Positions 28,931 to 39,860 of a DNA stretch of 64,000 nucleotides are shown here, in pieces. The DNA comes from Heptranchias perlo (Eukaryota). The notes beneath the pieces were generated by a model. The model made no database searches. It was not told where the DNA came from and saw nothing but the letters and a program-made list of their open reading frames with translations. The DNA is taken from contig NC_090354.1 in NCBI RefSeq assembly GCF_035084215.1, positions 15,624,001-15,688,000 of the forward strand, written 5' to 3'. Made by a program: the position numbers and the translations under genes. Each line of letters begins with the position of its first letter. Positions within the stretch are counted from its first letter, which is position 1.

Positions 28931-29367
28931 CCCTCCAACTTTCATTGTGTTAATGTTTAATCCAAACTCTTGGACAATGTATAGTTTAGGTAACATAAAC
29001 AACTAAAACTGAACTATTTCTTTATCATATGTATTTGTTATTTTATCTCCTTGGTTGAATTTCCTGCTGTTTGCAAACCTTTACAATTATACTATACATA
29101 ATGCACATGGGAAATCTTTCTTGAGAGACATACCACTTGACACAGATTTGTCAAACAAGCATTATATATGAATTGTACATTCATAGTCTTGTACATTCTA
29201 GAACAGTTTTGGATAAATAAGGTTTGCAAACAGCGGGAAATTCAACCAAGGAGATAAAATAACAAACATATATGACAAAGAAATAGTTCAGTTTTAGTTG
29301 TACAATGTATAATTAGGTAATATAATCAAGAGTTTGGATTAAAATGAACACAAGGAAAGTTGGAGGG
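28931..29367. repeat. Long inverted repeat (arms 28931-29081 and 29219-29367), MITE/foldback-like
   Basis: Arms are near-complementary, e.g. ttttatctccttggttgaatttcctgctgtttgcaaacctt versus aaggtttgcaaacagcgggaaattcaaccaaggagataaaa. Confidence 0.9.
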
Positions 29368-29725
29368 GGAAATGCAAGTTTTAAAGAGTTTCTCGATTTG
29401 TGAATTCAAGAACTAACAGACCCTACAACATCCTCTTGTGATGTAATCACGCAGCCCCCTTTACAACTATTATAAAAAGTTACTTTAGATGGAGGCTCAC
29501 TACATCAGAATACATTTTTTATTCACTAACAAGCACAAAAAGGCCTTCTATTTCCTTGAAACAGCAGAGGGAATTAAACCAAAGAAATGCCTGTTAATCT
29601 TGTTTATATCATGTGGTACGCTAAGCTCTTTCAAAGCTATTGGATCAGAAATAGTATTAATCATTCTCTAACATGTTGCATTTTTTTAACTGACCAATTC
29701 TCTTCGTAGGTTTAACAAATTTGAT

Positions 29726-29911
29726 TAAGATGTGGAGATGCCGGTGATGGACTGGGGTGGACAAATGTAAGGAATCTTACAACACCAGGTTATAGTCCAA
29801 CAATTTTATTTTAAAATCACAAGCTTTCGGAGATTATCCCCTTCGTCACCTGATGATTGTGATTTTAAAATAAAATTGTTGGACTATAACCTGGTGTTGT
29901 AAGATTCCTTA
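29726..29911. mobile_element. Penelope-like element terminal remnant: perfect 55-bp inverted repeat with hammerhead-ribozyme fragments
   Basis: Arms 29768-29822 and 29857-29911 have no mismatch. The spacer carries cacCTGATGA (plus) and TGACGA-AGGGGATAATCTCC-GAAAGCTTGTG (minus). Candidate TSD aaatttgat at 29717-29725 and 29911-29919. The family call is from recall. Confidence 0.8.
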
Positions 29912-30415
29912 AATTTGATAAACGCACATTGCAATCCTTTACTGCATGAAACAACGAAGAAAGTGTATGCTTACTCCCCAGTGCCTCAGGAGATAAATAC
30001 ACCATCAAGAAAGATTTCCTATGTACGTTATGTATAGCATAGTAAAAGCACTTGTGCCCAGAGACACACACAATCAGGGAGCAAATCAAATACACAGTCT
30101 AAAAGAATTTTGGCCTTAAATGAGTTATGCGCGTTAGTACAGTATGCACAAATCTCCATCTTTTAGGTCCATCTATCGACTCCTCCACCCAAATGCATCT
30201 CCACCCATAAATTGGGACACGCCCCCAAGTTTCAAATGCGAATTTCTTGCAATTGCGTTTGTTTGGAGAGTCTTTTCAAATTAGACCAGATTTTCAGGCG
30301 GACAGGTACCCGTAGTCACCTAAAGTAGGTGCAAATCAGCTGGTCCAGGAAGCATTGAAGCCACTCATCTTTTGTTACTGCAGAAAGCCATTTTACACTC
30401 AATTTTAGAAATAAA

Positions 30416-31570
30416 ATGGCTCTTTTACTGGCTCTACCCCTGATTTCAATTATAATGGAGGAGGAGGAACAGGAGGAAAGAACCAGAGACAGGAAGCCCG
30501 AAGAGTGAAGCATCACAAGCGGAGACAGCACCCTATATGCAAATACCCAGCCCAGAGAGTATCTAGGCCTTGACCGACTTTCCAGGAGATGTCCAAGGAG
30601 CCGACTGTGGGACAGCTGCGCTTTACAAAGGAGACCATTGGTCGACAGTGTGACTTGCTCCGAGATGACTTAAAGCTTCAAATGCAGCAGAAATGAAGGT
30701 GACCACGACCCTCAACTTTTATAGACTGGATCCTTCCCAACATCTCCAGTGGCCCTGTACAGGATTAGTCAAGGGGCAATAAGGGCCTGCATTCGACAGG
30801 TAACTGACATCCTGTTCCATAGGGCTAGGGAGTTCATTAAATTTAGAATATCTGCAGTGGAGCAAAGGCAGAGGGCATTGAGTTTCTACTGAATTGCTGG
30901 CTTCCCCAGAATGCTGAGTGTGATCGACATAAAGGCTCTCCTTCAGAATCCACAAAGCTACATGAGCAGAAAGGGCTATCACTCTCAACGTCCAGGTGAT
31001 TTACGATGCCTGGTTGCACATCTTGCATGTGAACGAGCAGCACGGGGTACTTGTCACAATGCGTTTATTGTGCGCAACTCAGAAATCACATGCATGCTTG
31101 GAATGGCACCCCAGTGGGAGAATATATAAATCGGCGACAAGGCTTACTTCCTGCTGCCATGGCTGATGTCACCTTTTTGCATCCCACAAACCGAATTGGA
31201 GGAGATGTACAATCAAGTACGTGCGCCTACCAGGTAGATCATTAAGAAGACCATCAGGGTGATGAAGAGCCACTTCAGATGCTTGAACAAATCTTGGGCT
31301 GTCCTCCAATACTCCCCACAGAGAGTAGCGAGGATTGTCATTATGTGCTACGCCCTGCACAACTAATTCATGACGGAAGGTCTGGTTCTTGACATACCGA
31401 GAGAGGAGCCAATCGACGCAGAAGATCCTATGTGGCGGGAGCCGGAACTAAGTGATGTAGCACATCCACAGAGATATTGCTTCGAGAGGGCAGGGTTGTG
31501 GTGCAGGCCTTTACCCAATGAACACCCCGCAGAGTTCACACCCAGAAGAGTCAGACACAGCACTCTTTAA
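30416..31570 (+). mobile_element. Decayed PIF/Harbinger (HARBI1-like DDE) transposase pseudogene
   Basis: Ordered motif remnants across frames: LRFTKETI..CDLL, KVTTTLNFY/TGSF, IAGFPRMLSVID, YMSRKGYHS/LNVQVI, GTCHNAFIVRNS, IGDKAYFLLPWLMSP, TIRVMKSHFRCLNKS..LQYSPQRVARIVIMCYALHN. Confidence 0.88.
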
Positions 31571-31694
31571 CTTCAAAGAATGTTTTATTACAAAAATGTT
31601 TCAGATAAGTGCAAATTGTTACTAATAAATACAAATTTTGACAGAAAAAGTTAAACTATACTTAGGAATTGTTTTCTGCATGAGTAATATTACA

Positions 31695-31965
31695 GTGGTG
31701 AAATTAAGTGGTCTTGGTGATGGATAGGATTTGAATCTCAGTTCAGGATCAAACTGCACACCAAGTTGCAAGCTGACCAGCCACCTGAGGAGGGGAATGG
31801 AATTGAGGTTAGAGTGTCTGGTGGGAGTGGAAGAGGGTGGCTTCAGACCTGCCAGAGGAAGCTCATTTACAACTTTATAGTTGGACAGGCAGTCAGATTG
31901 CATAGTAACAATCATGAAGTTGAGAGTGTGGGGGAAGAGACTAAGCTGGGTGTCATCAACATAAG
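31695..31965 (-). mobile_element. L2-clade LINE fragment
   Basis: Minus-strand LGVQFDPELRF, homologous to the region near 26650-26700. Confidence 0.7.
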
Positions 31966-33339
31966 TACCCTTTCATGGGTCTATGATTCTAGCCTTGATA
32001 TGGGAGATGGATATCTCAATGTGAAAAAAGATAGCTGGTGCACAGACAGATTAAACAAGTGCCTTATGTCACATAGTAATGATGAGTGAATATCTATATC
32101 AAAGTAAGCAAATGGTGGGTCACATTTTTTTCCCCCAAGACTTTCATAGGTTCAATAGTATCTGCTGCATGTGCCTTTGATTGGCTTAATTCTACACTTT
32201 TTATTTACTTCCCAACTTTCATCTATCTGGCACAATGGCAGAGACAAAAATCTGAGGGATGTACAAAATGCAGTTGGATGCTACAATGGGAGTGCTGGTG
32301 CACGAGTGGAATGAACTTCAATAGGCCAAATGGCCTTTTCTTCTCTCTGACTTTTCTTGTGAAATATTATGAATTACCGTGAAAATTTTAAGTGTTGTAC
32401 AGACTATAATATTTTAAGAGACTCATTCTTAGATGCCAATCTGGCATTATTGCAAGTAGAACAGCTGTGGACTACCAAGGCTCACTTGGGTCAATTACCA
32501 GAAAAAGAGGATGGGGGAAAATATGATCCCCAATCCGTGCTGTTAGCTGATCTCAGCCAGTATGGTAGTGGTGCTACAATTGGCCACAGCATCCTTGAGT
32601 TAGGGAGAGTGGGGGGAAAATTAAATCAGGCAGGTTTCCCACTCCTGATCACAATCCAGCAACCCCAGGTCAGGTGAGGACAGGATTAGGCTCAGTTTTA
32701 ATGCTCGCTGCGATCAAAGCCTGCTGAGTCATTGTCAAGGCTCACATGTGGATAATGGCTATTAGGGTGAGGTACAGAAGTACCTTCAGTGCCTATGGAA
32801 CCATACCCCAGCACCTTTAGGAGGAGAAAATTGGCAGGAAAAGAGAAAGGTGGAAGGATGTAGCATTCAATGAAGCTTCAAACCAAGTATGTGGCTATCA
32901 TTAAGCGCTATACCTTTCCCTTTTAAAGTAGCAGATTTTCAACATAACTGTTTAAGAACTAGAATTTCAACCGAGCCACTAAAATTAATGAGAATTCCAA
33001 ATGTTTAATTAGGTCAGAAAATGATAAATTTGGAATACTAATAGTATACTATTCATAAAAAAAGCCAACTTTCGTATAAAGCAGATTTCCATTTGTACTT
33101 TTCAAATAACAGGGAGTTCCGCTGGTATGCTGACCAGCATTCCTCCTTCAACCAACACTACTCAAAACAGTCTAATTTGCCATTCATCTCATTCCTATTC
33201 TTGAAATTTAAGTGTGTGCAAAATGGCATCCACATTTACCTACAGTCACTGCACTTCAAAGCATTTAATTGTATATGAAATGTATAGAGATTATAATAAG
33301 ATGCTATGGAAATGCAAGTCTCCTCCCTTTTAGCTGGAA

Positions 33340-33575
33340 ACACACAACAGGTCAGTTTGCATCTGCTATGTGTTTCCAGCCTTTTCTGTTTAATTTCAGA
33401 AATACCAGAACTTGCAATGTTTTGCTCTCTTCCTCGCTGTTGCAGGAATTGAGTCAATCCAAAAGCATTCCCCTGAAATAAAAACTAAAAATGCTGGAAA
33501 TACACAACAAGTTAGTCAACATCTGTAAAGAGAAAAGACAGGTTATGACGTTGAGTGCATACCCTTCATAGAACA
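33340..33575. mobile_element. Old Penelope-like terminal repeat remnants in inverted arrangement
   Basis: gtgtttccagccttttctgtt (plus) versus aaaactaaaaatgctggaaatacac...catctgtaaagagaaaagacagg (minus copy). Degenerate; family from recall. Confidence 0.45.
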
Positions 33576-33999
33576 TACCCCTAATGTTAACACAACATTC
33601 TTCAAAGTGGAAGTACTCCCTTGTGAGAACAGAGATAACTGCTCTAATGTGTTGAAGAGTTAAATGATAGTGTGGTTTTCAGTGTCACTGGTGATGAACT
33701 CAAAATGTTGTTAATGGCTGCTTGATTAATCTGCTAGCAACCAAAGTTAGTGTTGTGTCTGGAGAATTGCTTTGGATAAGTACACCATCATTTATATTGT
33801 GGAATATCGGCTCAGGCCTCAGTTGCTATAGAAAATGCCCCATCTATATTAAGATGTGGTCTTCACAGCAATTGCAGCATAAAAATAATTGTGCTCCTAA
33901 CCTGATTTTAGCTCTTTCTATATTGCTGTACCACCAGCTCCCTAGGCACAGATCTTTTACAACCAGTGACAATACTAAAATAAACTTTCTGTCTCTAGT

Positions 34000-34415
34000 T
34001 CTTACCTCTTGCGCACTCCGATTTTCATTGCTCCACCATTGGCGGCCATGCCTTCAGCTGCCTAGGCCCTAAGCTCTGGAATTCCCTCCCTAAACCTCTC
34101 TTTCTCTCCTCCTTTAAGACGCTCCTTAAAACCTACCTCTTTGACCAACCTGTCCTAATATCTCCTTATGTGGTTTGGTGTCAAATTTTGTTTGATAACG
34201 CTCCTGTGAAGTGCCTTGGCATGTTAAAGGCACTATATAAATACAATGTTGTTGATGTTGTTGTTGTATGGAAGACCAGTTTCTTTTTTGTATTTGAAAG
34301 GAAAAAATTTGCAGGGCTATGGGGAAAGGGCAGGGGAGTGGGTCTAGCTGGATTGCTGTTGCATAGAGCCAGCACAGACTGTAACCTTCCTTCAGTGCTG
34401 TAACCTTTCAATGAT
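34000..34415 (+). mobile_element. L2 3' end followed by a CR1 3' end
   Basis: Matches 27100-27340 (taggccctaagctctggaattccctccct...gttgttg), then gcagggctatggggaaagggcagggg. Confidence 0.8.
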
Positions 34416-34999
34416 TTGGCCTTTCTGGCAACAAGCGTTAGTGAATCCAGCAAGTTTTCTCTTGGGTTACTTCTGGTTAAATGAGAGCTGCGCATTGAGA
34501 ACTGGTGCTATTTTTATGCCACTTAACCAAATATAAATGCAGCTATTAATTCAGCACTTTTAAAATAAAAGTTGTTAGTTGATATAGAATTATCTGCTTT
34601 TGCTGGGGAGCAATTCAATGCATCCAATACTCTGTGGAAAACAAAACAGTTCCATTTAATCTCAGTCTTGCTTGAGGCTTGTTCATTTAGTATTCACATC
34701 TTTCAGTTCTAGGTTCACAGTCCATGTTCAATATACTGGTTACATCTGTAATATATGCTCCCCTCAGCATTTTACAAACCTGGATCATGACTTCACCAAG
34801 GCTTGTATTGTCCAATGAAGAGAAGTTAATTTAATTTTTCTTCCCCCCCCCCCCCCTCTCCCCAACCAAAAAAAAAAATGAGCTAGGATCCAATACCTGT
34901 AATGAATTTTTAAATGGAGCTGTTTTGCTTAGATTGGCATCTAGATTTTTAAAAGTTCTAGAGGGGAAGGGAGGGAAAGGAATCTCTTCCATCACTTTC

Positions 35000-37460
35000 T
35001 ACACATACTGCCACCACCCAAAAGCCCCCGACTTCCCCAGCTCCCTCCTACTACGTTTTGCCACCTCCTCCCCCACTGAGGGCCTGTGTTCCCCACCCAT
35101 TTCTTCTTACAGTCTTTCGGCACCAACACCCAAGTGCCCCAACCTCCTCCTAATGTCATGCCAATGCCTTATCCCTCCTTGCCACCCTGAGTGACTGTGC
35201 CTTTTCTCACTCTCACCTACTGCCTCTTGCCACCAATCCCACTGAGCAGCCATGCCACTCCCACCATCACCTCTTGCCTCTGCCATCCATGCCTCCCAGT
35301 CCTTCACTCCTTCCTACTGCCTCACCACCGCAAGTGCCCATGCCTTTCTCAGCTCACTTGTGCCACCTGTCAGGACTCCCGCCCCGAGTGCCCATCTGTT
35401 TTCCCCCCTCACTGCTCCATACTCTGCAGTGGGGGAGGAGCTTGCTGCTCCCACCCCCAATGCCTTTCCTCCACTCCCTCCTGCTGTTCCTGCCAACCCC
35501 AGCTCACATTGAGCCCCCATACCTTTTCTCCCAATGCTCAGACATCACTATCCAAAAATGCTGATCACAATGCCTTCCTCCCTCCCCCCACACCCTAAGA
35601 CCCCTCCCCTCCCCTGTGCTGCCATACCCCAACATATTTTCAGTCCTACCGGATACCCTCTTCCCACGTTCAGCCAGATCTGCAACATCCGCCCCCCCTT
35701 ACCAGACCCTCAAAGGCCACCAATGTTCCTACACTCCAATGACCCTTGCTCCTAGACCCAAACCTCCTCGTACTACCACACTCCAAGACCCTCTCCCCAA
35801 TATTTCCAGATCTTCCAGCACTGTCACAACTTAGAGAACTCAATCCACCACTGCCGCACTCCATCACACTATTCCTAGACTTTGGAACCCCTTCTCACCA
35901 TTCCCATACCCCACCAATTTCTACCTCAGTGCCTCACACCCCTGTTCTAGCACCCTGATACCTCAACAATCCCCCATTCATAACAGCGTCAGAAATAGGA
36001 GCAGGAGTAGGCCATACAGCCTCTCAAGTCTGCAACGCCATTCAGTAAGATCATGACTGATCTTCGACCTCAACTCCACTTTCCCGCCCGATCCCCCTAT
36101 CCCTTGATTCCCTTAGAGTCCAAAAATCTATTGATCTCAGCCTTGAATATACTCAACAGCTGAGCATCCACCCTCTGGGAGAGAGAATTCCAAAGATTCA
36201 CAACCCTCTGTGTGAAGAAATTTCTCCTCATCTCAGTCCTAAATGGCCGACCCCTTATCCTGAGACTGTGTTCCTTACTTCTAGACTCTCCAGCTAGGGG
36301 AAACAGCCTCTCAGCATCTACCCTGTCCAGCCCTCTCAGAATCTTATATGTTTCAATGAGATCACCTTTCATTCTTCTAAACTCCAGAGAGTATAGGCCC
36401 ATTGTATTCACTCTCTCCTCCTGGGTCAACCCTCTCAACCCAGAATCAATCTAGTGAACCTTCATTGCACTGCCTCTAAGGCAAGTATATCCTTCCTTGG
36501 GTAAGGAGATCAAAATTGTACACAGTGCTCCAGGTCTGGTCTCACCAAAGCCCTGTATAATTGCAGCAGGACTTCCTTACTCTTGTACTCCAACCCCCTT
36601 GCAATAAAGGCCAATGTACCATTTGCCTTCCTAACTGCTTGCTGTACCTGCATGTTAACTTTCTATGTTGTGTACAAGGACACCTAAATCCCTCTGAACA
36701 CCAACATTTAATAGTTTCTCACCATTTAAAAAATAGTCAGTTTGTTCATTTTTCCTACCAAAGTGAATAACCTCACATTATACTGCCACTTTCCAAATCC
36801 TGGTGCCTCCACACTTTCATATTCCAATACCCTCTACCCAGTGCTCCCAAATGCCAGAACCCCCTCTCCAGCTATTTCAACATCCCATGTTTGCCCTGCT
36901 CCTTCTCCTATAACCTCGGACCTTCTAATACTCATGGAGCCCATACACCCTCCCCCCACCATAGGCCCTTAGTGCTATCACAATCTACTCCCCAGTGCTT
37001 CCTCCAACCCTATCCCCACTTCTTTCACATTCCAGCACTACCCATGCCACACCTTGTAACTCTCCCCCTGCATCCCTTCACATTACTCCAAGACTTTGAG
37101 TTGCCCCATCTATCCCATGACCCCCACCCAATCCTCCCATAAACCATAAACACCCTCGCCTCTTTTCCCAAATTCTCACACAATACTTCCAAACCCTAAG
37201 ACTCCCCAGTGAATAGATACATGCAGATATATATTTTTACTTTCCTCCATATTTGTTCCTTCATCTTTCTTTCCTTCAGTACTAACCCAAGTTGCTCCTT
37301 CCATCTTGCACTTCACTTATACCAATCTCTTTCATACTCACCACCAAACTCTGCAACCTTTATCTTTCCTCCTGTTTCATCTCTACTTTTCACTGCTCCC
37401 CCATCGATCAACCCAAATCCCCAGTAGCATGCCACCACCAACCTCTTTCCCACTCACCAT
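35000..37460 (+). repeat. C/pyrimidine-rich, strand-asymmetric low-complexity tract (split by a CR1)
   Basis: The plus strand is C-rich and nearly G-free over about 1.7 kb outside the CR1 insert; it produces spurious Pro-rich ORFs. Confidence 0.7.
35990..36780 (-). mobile_element. CR1 LINE 3' portion
   Basis: Minus-strand GLYSLEFRRMKGDLIETYKILRGLDRVD...NFFTQRVVNLWNSL plus 3'UTR. Confidence 0.93.
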
Positions 37461-38289
37461 CTGCAAATTGCCAAACTAAAAACTAAAGCTAAAACCAGTA
37501 ATTAACCACAGAGTGACATGGGAGTGTTGGACACTGAGGTTCCAGTTCAATATTGATGAGTAATGGAATTAAAATATTAATCACTGCCCTCACAATGGAC
37601 AATTCTTTTATACTTTTCATCTCATTTAGAATTATAAGTATTCCTGTAAGGATGAAAGTAGTACAGTACCAGTGTAGAACTAAACCATATAGACCAGGAG
37701 GCTCTCAAGTTTGATCACTGGTCTGTGTGGTGTTGGTTGATCTCAACCAGAATGGCAGTAGGGGAGCTATTGTTGGCCTCAACAATGCTGGACTAGGAAA
37801 AGACAGAATACCGGAGGGTTCCTGTTGATAATTGCTATGTAGTCCTGCTATGTAATCCTGCTGGCAGTGTTTGCAAACTTATCCTACCATAAATCACTTT
37901 CAGAAGTGGAGGGGAGAAAATTGGAAGGTTGAGAAGAATAACTTTTAAAAGCAGCTGGAAGTGTTGCCACAATAATATAACCAAGAATATGATTTTATGA
38001 TATAGGATCATATATAGATATATACATACACAAATATATATTTATAATTTATTTTTGTTCCAAATTTTCTACATCAATTTTCTCCCCTTTTCTTCGCTAG
38101 GATATGGATCCACAAGCACTGGCTATCCTTTATACTTTGCTCAATTGACCATTATTCATGTGAACCTTGATGGCAGGACATTTTATCAGACAGATCCCCG
38201 CAACTGAGCCAGATCCTGTCCTCACCCAACATCCATTTTGGCAGCAGTTTTCATAGAAAACAAATATGTATGTGAGAGTTTGCAAAGGA

Positions 38290-38532
38290 CCGAATTAGCA
38301 TGAGGATCGGTATCAACGGCGACTTCGGCGTTAATGGGTTTGAAGCTCCCAAAGTGGTCGAGAGGATTTTGCTTTCACCGTGATCGCCGTACGGAGGACG
38401 AGGTTTGTCCCTGCCGCTTTGCTGTCGGGCACCGAAAGCCTGGGCAGTGAGCCGGGTAGCGGCTGCAGTGTAACGCGGGGAGGTGTGAGCAGCTTCTCGA
38501 TCTCTGCCTTGGGTTACTCTTGGATTCAGTAA
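38290..38532 (+). promoter_or_regulatory. G6PC3 CpG-rich promoter / 5'UTR
   Basis: Dense CpG cluster immediately upstream of the ATG in an otherwise CpG-depleted window. Confidence 0.7.
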
Positions 38533-38753
38533 ATGATGGAGCCGCTTTACAGGCACGGTATCCGGGTCGCTGAAGTCTTGCAGCAAACGCTCGGCGGCTT
38601 TGAGAAGAGTTTGCTGTTGCTGAGTTCGATCGGTGACCCCAAAGCCTCCCTTTTTATTTATTTCCCGGTCACGTACTTCCTCAACAAAAAGATCGGGATT
38701 TCAGTTTTGTGGATTACTGTACTTACCGAATGGTTAAATTTAACTTTTAAATG
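38533..38753 (+). CDS. G6PC3: G6PC3 exon 1
   Basis: Encodes MMEPLYRHGIRVAEVLQ...IGDPKASLFIYFP...LTEWLNLTFK(W). Donor TG|gtaagt. The start could be either of two tandem ATGs. Confidence 0.94.
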
Positions 38754-39860
38754 GTAAGTTCCTCTCCTTTTTGGCCCAATTTGTCCCCCCCCCCCCTCCC
38801 CTCTCATCGACATATTCCCCTCTCCTCAGCCTTGAACCTTCCTGCTCTCGTTTCCCAAACCTCCATCTCTGCTATTTCCCACCGTCCAGACATAATCACA
38901 TGGGCTAATGAATCATCCAAGTGGCTTCATAGATAACCAGAAAAATATTTGGTATTGTGACCTATTTGCTATCTTATGTATTTATTAATAATAATAATAA
39001 TGGATTTGAGCATGTAGTACTAAACGGTGCCGGTGTAGGCTGAGAGTTTGCTGCAACTTTGGAAGTGCTGTCTTCAGACCAGATGTTAAATCAGTGACCT
39101 TCCTGCTCGCTCCATTGGTTTGGGTGGATGTTAAAGATGCTATAGCAGTATTAGAAGATCACCGGGGAGTTCTGGCGTCTCCTTCAACCAACGCTACCTA
39201 AAAGCAGATTGATGGATGATTCATCTCATGGCTGTTTATGGGACATTGCTGATGCAAAATGGCTGCCACATTTGCACGTCACTTCACTTAAAAAATGTTT
39301 AAAGCACTTCCTATTTCAATATGCAAGATACAGTGTAAATACAAATATAATGATCAAACATAAATGAGAGAAACTTTTTAAAAATTGTGCTGCCTAGCTG
39401 AAGGGTCAAGGTTGTAAGAAATGGAAGAGATGAGGTAGAACGAGAAATAATGGTTGTGTTCTGCAAATTGCCAAACTAAAAGCTAAAGCCTACCTGTGTT
39501 TGTAATTATACTTTTTCTTGTGCAAGATGTTATTGCAGATATCCAGGTCTTTGTGACATTACAATTTTCCCACTCTCATTTATGGAACACTGCATTGCTT
39601 GAAAATAAACCCACCGAATGACATGGGAGCGTTGGACACTGAGGTTCCAATTCAACATTGATCTAGATGATTAATGGAATTAAAATATTATACATTGCTC
39701 TCCCAATGGACTGTTCTTTTACACTTTTCATCTTATCTAGAGTTACAAGTATTCCTGTAAGGATGAAAGTAGTACAGTATCAGTGTGGAAATAAATTATA
39801 TAGACGAGGAGGCTCTCAAGTTCGTTCACTGGTCTGTGCAGTGTTGGCTGATCTCAACAG

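Noticed and set aside
35191-35958. Pro/Ser/His-rich ORFs
   Set aside because: Artefact of C-rich composition, in which stop codons are rare.
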